The position numbers were made by a program, and so were the translations under genes. A stretch of DNA of 36,020 nucleotides from a virus (lineage: Duplodnaviria; Caudoviricetes): IMG/VR virus record IMGVR_UViG_3300030433_001223, positions 1-36,020 of that record, one strand, 5' to 3'. Below, one piece after another: positions 6,939 through 15,775 of this stretch (the first letter of the stretch is position 1; every line of letters begins with the position of its first letter). A model generated the notes under the pieces. That model was given only the letters and a program-made list of their open reading frames with translations. It did no database searches and was not told the origin of the DNA.

Positions 6939-6999
6939 TGTTTAACCCATAGAAGTTGTTAAATAGGGCAGGTCATATTGCCTTTTGGTGATAAACATG
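6939..6999 (+). promoter_or_regulatory. Box copy 3, TATA, operator and leader of the last plus-strand operon
   Basis: TGTTTAACCCATAGAA 6939-6954, TTAAATAG 6959-6966, GGTCATATTGCC 6971-6982, GGTGATAAAC-ATG 6987-6999. Confidence 0.75.
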
Positions 7000-7203
7000 A
7001 TAATAAAATCACTCAAAATAAAACTAGGGGCTACTAGGCCCACGGCTAGACAATATGAATCAGTGAGAGCTGATATAGAATTAGACATCACGATGGATGA
7101 AAAAACATTTAGTGAAGATTGGAAACGAATCAGAAACAAAGCTAAGATAATGTTACTAGAGGCTATGGCTGACGCTGAGAAGGGGGTTCAACATGGCAAC
7201 TAA
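6997..7203 (+). CDS. Hypothetical protein
   Basis: ORF track; start moved to the ATG after GGTGATAAAC. Confidence 0.75.
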   Translation: MIIKSLKIKLGATRPTARQYESVRADIELDITMDEKTFSEDWKRIRNKAKIMLLEAMADAEKGVQHGN

Positions 7204-7432
7204 AATTGTAAGTGTCAACTCTTTGACAGTTGCTAAACGATGGCTTAAACAGATGAAAGAAACATACCACCCTAATCATCATAAAAGATTAGGTATATGG
7301 GAAAGACCAAGGCAATATCATGGTGTAAAAAGCTACGGATATAATGATAGTATGATTTACATTGTAGGTCATTCAAAAGCTGTAGAACCTAAAATAAGTC
7401 ATCTTGGTAAAAGGATTGACCATGAATTGTAA
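7193..7432 (+). CDS. Hypothetical basic protein
   Basis: ORF track, overlapping neighbours. Confidence 0.7.
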   Translation: MATKIVSVNSLTVAKRWLKQMKETYHPNHHKRLGIWERPRQYHGVKSYGYNDSMIYIVGHSKAVEPKISHLGKRIDHEL

Positions 7433-7499
7433 ACATGAAGCTCAGATATGTGGGGATAATGGTTGGGAATGTATTATATGTGGTAAGCTAGTAGATTAA
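7422..7499 (+). CDS. 25-aa CxH-CxxC microprotein
   Basis: MNCKHEAQICGDNGWECIICGKLVD. Confidence 0.55.
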   Translation: MNCKHEAQICGDNGWECIICGKLVD

Positions 7500-7500
7500 C

Positions 7501-7608
7501 ATGAGCATTACTGAATATGATGAAGAAGGCTGTCCTCAATGTGGGTCAGAATTGGATTGGCTTTATATTTGTTATAGATGTGGAGAATGCTATGAACCCA
7601 ATCCATGA
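7501..7608 (+). CDS. 35-aa CPxCG zinc-finger microprotein
   Basis: MSITEYDEEGCPQCGSELDWLYICYRCGECYEPNP; ATGA overlap with the next gene. Confidence 0.7.
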   Translation: MSITEYDEEGCPQCGSELDWLYICYRCGECYEPNP

Positions 7609-7787
7609 CGAACTACATACTGAAATGTCCTAAGTGTTACACAACAAGAGCAGGCGAAAGCAGGTACAAGTCTTGGAAATGCTTTCGCTGTGGCTATGTT
7701 ATGAATAAAAAGAATACTAAAATTCAAGCAGAAACAATAAATGTTAAAGAAAACCAAGACTTTATCTCTTTTTTAGACCAAAAATAA
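7605..7787 (+). CDS. Zinc-ribbon protein
   Basis: CPKC...CFRCG; followed by a T-run. Confidence 0.75.
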   Translation: MTNYILKCPKCYTTRAGESRYKSWKCFRCGYVMNKKNTKIQAETINVKENQDFISFLDQK

Positions 7788-7801
7788 TTTTTTGTGAATG
7801 A

Positions 7802-7817
7802 TGTTTAACCCGTAGAA
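7802..7817 (+). repeat. TGTTTAACCCRTAGAA box, copy 4
   Basis: TGTTTAACCCGTAGAA, one difference from the other copies. Confidence 0.85.
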
Positions 7818-7991
7818 GGTGTATTTTAGACAGACAGACACCTTCATTTCCACTGGAACTTTTATTTATATAAGTAAGAATATATCTTATATAACTAATA
7901 AGCCGCCGTACCTCTCTAAAAACTATAAAAAATTTGTAGAGACTTTACTAAATAGTTCCAGTGGAAGTAAAGGTGTGTGTCACTGCCTAAA
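7815..7991. other. Nested inverted-repeat region between convergent transcription units
   Basis: Perfect 13-bp IR 7848-7860/7954-7966 within a longer imperfect stem; inner IRs 7866-7874/7886-7894 and 7913-7918/7937-7942; alternative 8-bp stem 7815-7822/7838-7845. Confidence 0.7.
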
Positions 7992-9047
7992 GCTAGTTAT
8001 CAATACGTCTGAGGTTAACGCATTGTTACCTACTTCTATTATAGTAGATAGTTCTTCATTAATCATTATCTTATAACCTACTACTGGTAAAAATTCTACT
8101 TTCTTTAACGCAGGTGTTCTTAGTTCTACAATAGAACCTAGAGGCAACCATTCACCATTATTGATTGTAATTCTATATCCTTTAGTTGGATTCTTAAATT
8201 GTTCTACTACTAATCTTCCTACTTTTTCTAATACATCAATTCTACTTGTAAGGTATTCAACTTTCCTAGACATTACACCGTACTTAGCTATAGAACCCTC
8301 ATCATTATATGTAAATGATAAATCTCTATTAGATGAACTGACTACTGTACAACTGTTTACCATACCTACTGAGGTATAGTTAGCTAACAAACCATCAGAA
8401 ATAATATTAGACTCATCTAATGAAATAGTCAAGTCAGCTTTAACATTGTTGTGCAAGTGGTCTGGTTGGAATACTTCAAAATTTTTACCAGATTTTATAG
8501 CATAATAATATGGTAAATAAGAATGTAAAGGATGGTCATCATCTGTAGTAATGTCTACCATAAAGTTTATACAATTATCAATAAAATCTTTTCGAGTAGC
8601 ATATCCACTAAAGTTCATAGTGTCATCTAGTATTATACCACTACCTTGCGTCATTTTACTAATAGAAGTATTTTTATAATTAGCAACTTCAGCGATTGCC
8701 ATATACAAATCCATGCCTTGAAAGTCACCTTGTTTAAAATTAATAATTTCACTGTTAGCTAATTCAGTAATATAATCGTAAGCTACAAAACTAAAATTAC
8801 CTATTGATGGATTTATAACTCTTATAATACCAACAAACTCTTTATTTGTAATAAGGTCACCTTTACCATATTTAATTATTACCTCAGCTCCGATTCTAAC
8901 TTTCTCTAAAGCATCGACAGAAGTACATAAACAAGTAGCAGACCTTGCAGAATTTACTTTAGCATCAATATTTAATTGTGTAACAAATGGAAAAGGCTCA
9001 CCATCTATTGTAACATCAATTACTAATTCATTAGAAGTTGCTGACAT
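7980..9047 (-). CDS. Putative baseplate hub / tail tip protein
   Basis: 355 aa, beta-rich, EFVGII and SIAKYGV patterns typical of hub proteins; last gene of the tail module. Confidence 0.65.
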   Translation of the reverse strand: MSATSNELVIDVTIDGEPFPFVTQLNIDAKVNSARSATCLCTSVDALEKVRIGAEVIIKYGKGDLITNKEFVGIIRVINPSIGNFSFVAYDYITELANSEIINFKQGDFQGMDLYMAIAEVANYKNTSISKMTQGSGIILDDTMNFSGYATRKDFIDNCINFMVDITTDDDHPLHSYLPYYYAIKSGKNFEVFQPDHLHNNVKADLTISLDESNIISDGLLANYTSVGMVNSCTVVSSSNRDLSFTYNDEGSIAKYGVMSRKVEYLTSRIDVLEKVGRLVVEQFKNPTKGYRITINNGEWLPLGSIVELRTPALKKVEFLPVVGYKIMINEELSTIIEVGNNALTSDVLITSFRQ

Positions 9048-12019
9048 TATTCTAAATGTTCACCTATTACAACAAAATTTAAAGTGCTTAAGTATTGACC
9101 AGCATTGGATGGGTCTTGATTAATAGTACCACCAGTGCATTTTACTCTTAATCTTTTAAATGTTGTATATGGAGAATCAACTATATCTGTATCTACTACT
9201 GCCCAATTATATCTACCACCTTCAAGTAAAGCCCAGAGCTTTACGTATCCACTGTGTTTTAAAATTCTTATATTGGCTGAAAAAGTAGGTAACCCTAATT
9301 TAGTTTGTATAACTCCTACAGGATAACGCTTGTCACCTAAAGCCATGTTAGAACCGACACCACCTGAACGTGAAAAACTTGTACTTAAAATTGCAATACT
9401 TTTGTTGTTTATCTCTGTAAGTAAATCTAAATACCTATTAGTGCTTGAAAACACCACTATATTGTCTGTTTGTACTTCTGTAGATAAAGACCCTGCGCTG
9501 TCCTTTACACGGTGTTTAACTGCGTTAGTTTGAGCGTCATCAGCCGCACAGGATATAGATGTTAAGAAGCTAGTGTCTTTTATTATTTTACAAGTAGATG
9601 AGGCATCATTAGTAAGCGTTTCTACTATTTTTAATACATTATTTGTTACTGCATCATGTTCACTCTTAATAGTAAACGTACCATTATTTCCTGATTGGTC
9701 GTGACCTGTAATAATAATTTTATCACCGGGCGCAAAACCTTGAGTCAAAAATGCTGCGTCTGCTGAAGCTCCACCAGTTGCAGTTATCGTATCAGTGTTA
9801 CTAACTACTACTTGAATATTTTGTGGCGCAACATCAGAAGTAGTACTTTGTGCGTTATTAGGAAATGCAACAGCACTACCTCCCCAGCGATAATCTTGTT
9901 TGACTGCTCTAATTTGGGTGTTGACTAATTGATTGTCGTCAGTTAAAAGCATGTAACGTGCGCCAGTATCTTGAGCATCTAAAGTATCTACAACAACCAT
10001 ATCTACTCTTTTGAAAAATTCATCAGTAGATGTGCTAAAATCTGTAATATTATCAGGTGAAGTTATACCAACACTTTGCCATTGATAATGACTAAATGTT
10101 GAATCCGTGTCTGCAATGTTACCAGTAGTGTTGTCAGCAGAATTAAAAGATAAACTTGTCAAACCATAAACAGTAATTCTAGTAGCACCACAATCAGGAA
10201 AACTACATTTTAATTTTAATTTTTTACTACCATCTTCAAACACTGAATTATCATTATTCAATGCAAAAGATGTCATATATTGTGAACCGTCAGTAGTTTT
10301 GTATTTGTATTCAGATAAAGTTCGGTCACTTCCTATTGCAAATGAGTTCTGACCTGTAATATAAAATGCAGATGCAGAATCATTAAAATCTGTATTCAAG
10401 ACTTCTGCTCTACTTATTTTAGGCTCAGCAACAGGAGTAGGTGATGCGACAGTAGGTTGAGAAGATAAAGCAACTCTGCTACTTCTAAATCCTAATTCAT
10501 CTTCTACTTGTACTTTTATAGCTTTAGCACCACTTGAATGATATCTATGTGTAATTGTAGTGCTACCTGCAACCTCATCTAACTCTACAAAACTATAATC
10601 CTTATCTGTATCTGAAGTACCACTATCCCAATTAACTGCAAACCGTTTTACATTACCACTAAACATACCGCCTGTAGCATTTATTGTAAGTGTTATTTGT
10701 TGACCTACTGTTGGAGAAGTATCATCAACAGCAGAAGAAGAATTTACTCCGGGTCTTGTTATACTTACAATATTTCCAGCCTGTGCTAACGTTGCTGACC
10801 CAGTATTTTGATTATCTTGTGCGTAAAATTGTATTCTATACTCAGTATTGTCAGTTTTTAAGAAACTATTACTACCATCAGAAGTTAAATCAGCAGTTAC
10901 ATATGTATTTTTACCTACATCTGTAAGAGTTGCACCATAAGTGCCACTACTAACTCCAGAAGCATGATATGCAGGGTCCGCAGCTTCTTTGAAAACAGCT
11001 ACATAACTTTGTAAGTCAGGTTGCGCACCTCCATATTCTTCAGTAAAAGAAATATTAGCGTTGATTCCATCTTTTTGTGGTGTTACTTGTATTAATGGCC
11101 TGTTCGGCTTAGGATTGTCATATTCTACTTCAATTTTAGCGTTTGATATACTGTACCCAGTAGCTCCAGACGCATTTCTTCCATAAGCGTTTGTACCTAA
11201 TGGATGTTCATCATCGGCTTTTATCATAAAACCATATGATTGACCCCACTCTGGTTTATTATTTGTAAAAAAATTTTTTAAAGAAAAAGAAGTAAAGTCT
11301 CCAGAACCAGCAGGAGCCACAACATCTATCTTACCATTTGAACCATAACCATAATCAGTTTGTAAAATAGGATTGCCACCACCAATAATAATATATTCAT
11401 CACCATTGTCAAAATTATTACCACTTCCACCTGATAAAGTAATTGCATCAGTTACAGTATTAGAAGCAACACCTGAAATATTACCACTACTACCATCAGT
11501 TGTATTTAACACTTTACTACCGTTTATCGTGCCAATACCAGTTAAATTAGCGTCTTTAAAATTACCACTTGTGTCTTGTAACTGATTAGAAGTACCGCCA
11601 CTATGCGTTCCACTTCTTGATGGCGACCAAAATGTAGTTCCAGATTGACTTATGTACCACCAAGAAACATCAGTAATGTCTAAATTGTTTGGCATTTGAT
11701 ACAGAGCCATAGTTGGTGCTGAAGACTGGTCAGCAAATCTAATCATTATACGAGTGTCTAAAATCTCTAATTCATCATTGTATGGTTTTTCTGGTAAAGT
11801 AAATCTTACTAAAGTTCTAAGATATTCTCCTGAAACACGACCTACTGTGATATTATCAGAAGAAATTACAGAGCCAGCAGAACCAGTGCTAATACTATGA
11901 AAGGTAGCAAAGCCTGCTGGAGGGTCATCGGCATTAGCTTCAAAAGTTCCAGACGAAGTTGTAAGTCTAGTATTTTGACCTCCACCTTCAAAACCAAAAG
12001 TGTCAGTAAAATTCGTCAT
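9047..12019 (-). CDS. Large tail protein with DNRLRE-like, Ig/PKD-like and C-terminal Dit-like regions
   Basis: 990 aa, S/T/G/D-rich; RTLVRFTLP...YGFMIK, VNWDSG...THRY...VQVEDELG; sits between tape measure and hub. Confidence 0.6.
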   Translation of the reverse strand: MTNFTDTFGFEGGGQNTRLTTSSGTFEANADDPPAGFATFHSISTGSAGSVISSDNITVGRVSGEYLRTLVRFTLPEKPYNDELEILDTRIMIRFADQSSAPTMALYQMPNNLDITDVSWWYISQSGTTFWSPSRSGTHSGGTSNQLQDTSGNFKDANLTGIGTINGSKVLNTTDGSSGNISGVASNTVTDAITLSGGSGNNFDNGDEYIIIGGGNPILQTDYGYGSNGKIDVVAPAGSGDFTSFSLKNFFTNNKPEWGQSYGFMIKADDEHPLGTNAYGRNASGATGYSISNAKIEVEYDNPKPNRPLIQVTPQKDGINANISFTEEYGGAQPDLQSYVAVFKEAADPAYHASGVSSGTYGATLTDVGKNTYVTADLTSDGSNSFLKTDNTEYRIQFYAQDNQNTGSATLAQAGNIVSITRPGVNSSSAVDDTSPTVGQQITLTINATGGMFSGNVKRFAVNWDSGTSDTDKDYSFVELDEVAGSTTITHRYHSSGAKAIKVQVEDELGFRSSRVALSSQPTVASPTPVAEPKISRAEVLNTDFNDSASAFYITGQNSFAIGSDRTLSEYKYKTTDGSQYMTSFALNNDNSVFEDGSKKLKLKCSFPDCGATRITVYGLTSLSFNSADNTTGNIADTDSTFSHYQWQSVGITSPDNITDFSTSTDEFFKRVDMVVVDTLDAQDTGARYMLLTDDNQLVNTQIRAVKQDYRWGGSAVAFPNNAQSTTSDVAPQNIQVVVSNTDTITATGGASADAAFLTQGFAPGDKIIITGHDQSGNNGTFTIKSEHDAVTNNVLKIVETLTNDASSTCKIIKDTSFLTSISCAADDAQTNAVKHRVKDSAGSLSTEVQTDNIVVFSSTNRYLDLLTEINNKSIAILSTSFSRSGGVGSNMALGDKRYPVGVIQTKLGLPTFSANIRILKHSGYVKLWALLEGGRYNWAVVDTDIVDSPYTTFKRLRVKCTGGTINQDPSNAGQYLSTLNFVVIGEHLE

Positions 12020-12702
12020 GCTAACCCTCTACTGCCCGGTCCACTACCACCAATAAATGTGTCATTTAATTTTCTATTTAAACCGTCTAAAGAAAACTCT
12101 TGCATCAAATTAAATAACTTTTCTATACCGAAAATTACTCCATCAGTTACTATTTGCAGTTCTCTGAATATTGCTACTAAAGGCTTAAAGACATCTGTGA
12201 CTTTCTTAATACGCCCTTCTAAAATCATAATTACAGTAATTAAAGCTACAACAGCAACCGCCATCGCTATCAGTGGATTTGCTTTCATAGCTAAATTTAA
12301 CTTAGTTGTTGCTGCTGTCAATCCTCCTGTAGCTGCTGTTTGACCTGTTTTTGTTTTTATATCTGACTTACCTAATGCTATAGATAATGTAAGATACGCT
12401 AAGTATATCTCCGCAGGACCAGCAAACAATTCTAAAACAGCAGTTCCTTTACGAATCAACTCAGCTTGTTCTTTAAATCCTAATCTGTCAAACGCTCCTG
12501 CTAATTTGTTAAATCCACCTACAGTCTGATTTAGAGCAGCAGTCATTGCCTGATAACGTGCAACTTGTGCTAAAAATGCAATATTTGCTTTCTGTGTTTC
12601 TTGTTCTAATTTAGTTTGCGCATTCGCAGCTTTATTTGTTGATTGTGTTAAACCAGCAGCTTTACCTTCAAGCACTACACTAATTACATATTCTTCAGCC
12701 AT
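12016..12702 (-). CDS. Very short tape-measure-like protein
   Basis: Ala-rich helical sequence, N-terminal ISVVLEG strand, LNLAMKANP motif followed by a hydrophobic helix; canonical position. Confidence 0.75.
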   Translation of the reverse strand: MAEEYVISVVLEGKAAGLTQSTNKAANAQTKLEQETQKANIAFLAQVARYQAMTAALNQTVGGFNKLAGAFDRLGFKEQAELIRKGTAVLELFAGPAEIYLAYLTLSIALGKSDIKTKTGQTAATGGLTAATTKLNLAMKANPLIAMAVAVVALITVIMILEGRIKKVTDVFKPLVAIFRELQIVTDGVIFGIEKLFNLMQEFSLDGLNRKLNDTFIGGSGPGSRGLA

Positions 12703-13270
12703 TTAAGTTCAACTCTCCTAACATTTGTGTGCGCAATTCGTTCACTTCAGACATTCTTTCATTAGCTACAGCCTGTGCAACGCTCATTTTTTCTGACGTA
12801 AGTGTGTTTACTTGCGCCATAAGATTATCTTTGTCATTTTGGTCGCATACTTCTAACATAGCTTGTACTTCAGCGTAATTCATTTTAGGTTCTTCAATCA
12901 TTGCTTCTAACATTCCAATATAAATTGGCATTGCTTTTGCAGTTGCACTAGAAATAATTAACTTTTCATCTTGACTCAAATCATCTCCATCCATAGTTTT
13001 TGCTATAATCTCTTGTAATAATATAGAATCTTTAGCCAATTCTGTGCGTAAATCTAAAAATTTTTCATTAATTGTATCCCACTCAGTGTTGTTTAAACGC
13101 CGAATTACGCACACAGGTGTGTGCGTTTTCTTGAACCAACCTCTCCATCCTTTTGGTTTTTGGAACTTAGCAAGGCTTGGCAATTCAACAGTTTTTCTTT
13201 CCCAGTATTCTCTCTGGACTGCTCCTATGTCTACTAGGGGTGCGTCTAATTGACCTGTTGTGCTTACCAT
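12695..13270 (-). CDS. Putative tail assembly chaperone
   Basis: Between tail tube and tape measure; VIRRLN pattern, helical. Confidence 0.55.
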   Translation of the reverse strand: MVSTTGQLDAPLVDIGAVQREYWERKTVELPSLAKFQKPKGWRGWFKKTHTPVCVIRRLNNTEWDTINEKFLDLRTELAKDSILLQEIIAKTMDGDDLSQDEKLIISSATAKAMPIYIGMLEAMIEEPKMNYAEVQAMLEVCDQNDKDNLMAQVNTLTSEKMSVAQAVANERMSEVNELRTQMLGELNLNG

Positions 13271-13278
13271 TTACCTAC

Positions 13279-14589
13279 CTACTGTAATGTGAAATCAGCG
13301 CTAATTGCAAATGCACTATAGTTTCTGTAATCTCCATTACCTCTAAACTTAATAGTTAATGTATCAACTACTTCTCCACCACCTGTAAGTGGTCGTGTAA
13401 AAGAAGTAATAGTTCCATTAGTTAGTGCTATTGAACCTTGCGTACCGAAATCTAATCTCATTAAAGGAATAACTCCGCCGTTTGTTTCTCCTCTGTATAT
13501 GTCATAAAGTGTTTCATCATGGGCTGTAGCAGTAATTTCTAACGTAATATCTGCTTTACCTCTTGCAATTTTACTATTTTGAACCCATTTGCCATCTACT
13601 TTACCAGATATTGGAGTATTGTTGTTGGCAATAGTAAGTGATACAGTTCTTAAATTATTTATTTCTGTAAGTGTTTGGTCTGTATCATTTATAGCAGGAA
13701 TGTCAACCCCACTACCAGTCATTTTATATATTCCTTTTAACAAATTTTGTGGGTCTGCTGATGAAGCATTGGTTGTACATGTAGCACTTGATGTTCCATC
13801 TATAACAGTTTTGAGTGCCTGCATACCACTACTATCATAAGCTGAATTGTCTAAATCTATTACTCCCGTAGCTACAATAGAACCTCCTGTACCATAATTA
13901 TCATCAGCAGTATCGTCTTCTTTAAAGAAACGCATGTACCTTTCACCAACTTCAATATACTTACCAGCCGTATCTGTAACTACCAAAGCATTATTTACAG
14001 ACGATGTAGAATAACTTAATGTCATATCTGTTGGTATTAGTGGGTCTGCTGTAGGAGCAGATGGGAATGCTACACCATTATATGTGTCATTTTGGTTAAA
14101 AGTAAAATCACCATCATCATCATCTTCACTATACAATGCAGTGCATTGTGCATCTAAGGTTATATAACCTCCAGCAGTGTAATCAGCTTCTAAAGTAGCT
14201 TCGTTAACTACTACACCAGTACATAAGGTATGTTGACTTGTAGATAAATCTTTAGCAAGTATAGCGTGTGAATATGTGTCCCCCGTAAGACTATGAGGGA
14301 CATCTACTGAGCCATAAGCAGTTGTTTTTCCAATAGCATTACCAAGAAGTTCTTGCCAGCCAGTACCTTGACAGGCCACTTTCAAAGGTAACGTAACGTC
14401 AATTGGACCACCTGCATGATGTGCATCTGTTGACTGCCCAATACTTGGAACAGGTGTAACGTTCATGTTTACCTGTCTTGGGTCAAATGTGTCCAGTAGA
14501 CCTAAGTGAAAGAGTTGTGTGTCTGGAGGATTTCCATACGTTGTCTCTACTTCAAATGCTGCTTGTATATCTTGTGCTTTTCTTACCAT
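13279..14589 (-). CDS. Putative major tail (tube) protein
   Basis: N-terminal ETTYG motif, acidic beta-rich 436 aa, position after terminator-like gene. Confidence 0.7.
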   Translation of the reverse strand: MVRKAQDIQAAFEVETTYGNPPDTQLFHLGLLDTFDPRQVNMNVTPVPSIGQSTDAHHAGGPIDVTLPLKVACQGTGWQELLGNAIGKTTAYGSVDVPHSLTGDTYSHAILAKDLSTSQHTLCTGVVVNEATLEADYTAGGYITLDAQCTALYSEDDDDGDFTFNQNDTYNGVAFPSAPTADPLIPTDMTLSYSTSSVNNALVVTDTAGKYIEVGERYMRFFKEDDTADDNYGTGGSIVATGVIDLDNSAYDSSGMQALKTVIDGTSSATCTTNASSADPQNLLKGIYKMTGSGVDIPAINDTDQTLTEINNLRTVSLTIANNNTPISGKVDGKWVQNSKIARGKADITLEITATAHDETLYDIYRGETNGGVIPLMRLDFGTQGSIALTNGTITSFTRPLTGGGEVVDTLTIKFRGNGDYRNYSAFAISADFTLQ

Positions 14590-15053
14590 TATACCACCGC
14601 CTCGTAACTTGTGATTTCACAATCGAGAACGTAACGAAACCAGCGTCTAGTCTTATCGGACTGGTCTACTCTTGAAAGCAGCTTTATGTCTGCGTAATTG
14701 GCATTTAACGGAGTCATTCCTGATGCTCCAGCTCTAGCGCCTCTAATGATACTTACAACTTCTGAATACAAATCTCTAAGCCTTGCTCTACCTACCTTAG
14801 TTGCAATATCTATCGAAATAGTGGCTGTACCTTTGTCAAGGCCATTGCCAACTCCTAAAAAATCATGTGTAGCTGCTACTTCATAACAACGAATCACATC
14901 ATTTGTTTTTAAATTTACTTTGTTTAAATCCCAAGTATCGCCAATATTTGGTTTTACAGAAGTTCCAGCTATATCATTAACATCCCAATTAGAATCTAAC
15001 AAAGACGAAACTGTAGTTACAGGGTCGTTTAATTCAGCGTAAGTGACTCCCAT
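14589..15053 (-). CDS. Putative tail terminator
   Basis: 154 aa, ISIDI strand followed by a helix and a C-terminal strand; position. Confidence 0.55.
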   Translation of the reverse strand: MGVTYAELNDPVTTVSSLLDSNWDVNDIAGTSVKPNIGDTWDLNKVNLKTNDVIRCYEVAATHDFLGVGNGLDKGTATISIDIATKVGRARLRDLYSEVVSIIRGARAGASGMTPLNANYADIKLLSRVDQSDKTRRWFRYVLDCEITSYEAVV

Positions 15054-15775
15054 TAATCAACCACCCTACCTACTCCAAACCCACCGATAGCTCTTGCCAT
15101 AGTCATATCTCTGTCTAATCTACCGTTATCTGTAAGTATTTTCATTGCCATATCTTCAAACTTCTGAGACTTAGTAGCGTTATCCATAGAATCATCTGCT
15201 TCTTGCATTAGATTTAAATCATCATTAGCTGCAATAGTTGATGCCGTAAAATAAATAGTTGCTAGTTTTATATCTTGTGGAGTTGTAGTGTCACCATATC
15301 TATACTTTACATAAGCATCTACGCCTTGTGGACTACTGTTTAGCATATTGTGTGTAGCATAATTTTCTATGTAGATTATACCACGTTCTGTATCTACCCA
15401 AAAATCTTTGCCGTTAACATCTGTTACTGAACTTCCCATAGTTTTACTTGCCACATAATCCACATATGCACTACCTTCCCAAACCTGAAGTGTGTCTCCA
15501 CTACCGCCCGCTAGTGGCAGTATAGGATAATGAGCTAATTGTATTCTACCACGTACATTAATTGCATTAGACCGTACTGTTTGTACTCTTGCACGTTCGT
15601 CAGTTACAGTTCTTGCTTTAGCTGTAGACCATGCGTGATTTGTAAGTTCTTCAATACGGCCTTCTGCCATATCAATAAACGCTTCTACATCTGTACTAGT
15701 TGGAGTTGTACTACCACTAAAATCGTCAACTTGTAAAAAAGCTGCTACATCGTTTGCTGTACAATAACTTGGCAT
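15053..15775 (-). CDS. Putative head-tail adaptor
   Basis: YCTANDV start and VKYRYG...PQDIKLAT motif characteristic of gp6/gp15-like adaptors. Confidence 0.8.
   Translation of the reverse strand: MPSYCTANDVAAFLQVDDFSGSTTPTSTDVEAFIDMAEGRIEELTNHAWSTAKARTVTDERARVQTVRSNAINVRGRIQLAHYPILPLAGGSGDTLQVWEGSAYVDYVASKTMGSSVTDVNGKDFWVDTERGIIYIENYATHNMLNSSPQGVDAYVKYRYGDTTTPQDIKLATIYFTASTIAANDDLNLMQEADDSMDNATKSQKFEDMAMKILTDNGRLDRDMTMARAIGGFGVGRVVD

Noticed and set aside
1349-7940. AAAATTTGTAGA direct repeat (1349-1360, 7929-7940) as att sites flanking the island
   Set aside because: A 12-bp AT-rich match is expected many times by chance in 36 kb, and no integrase is present.
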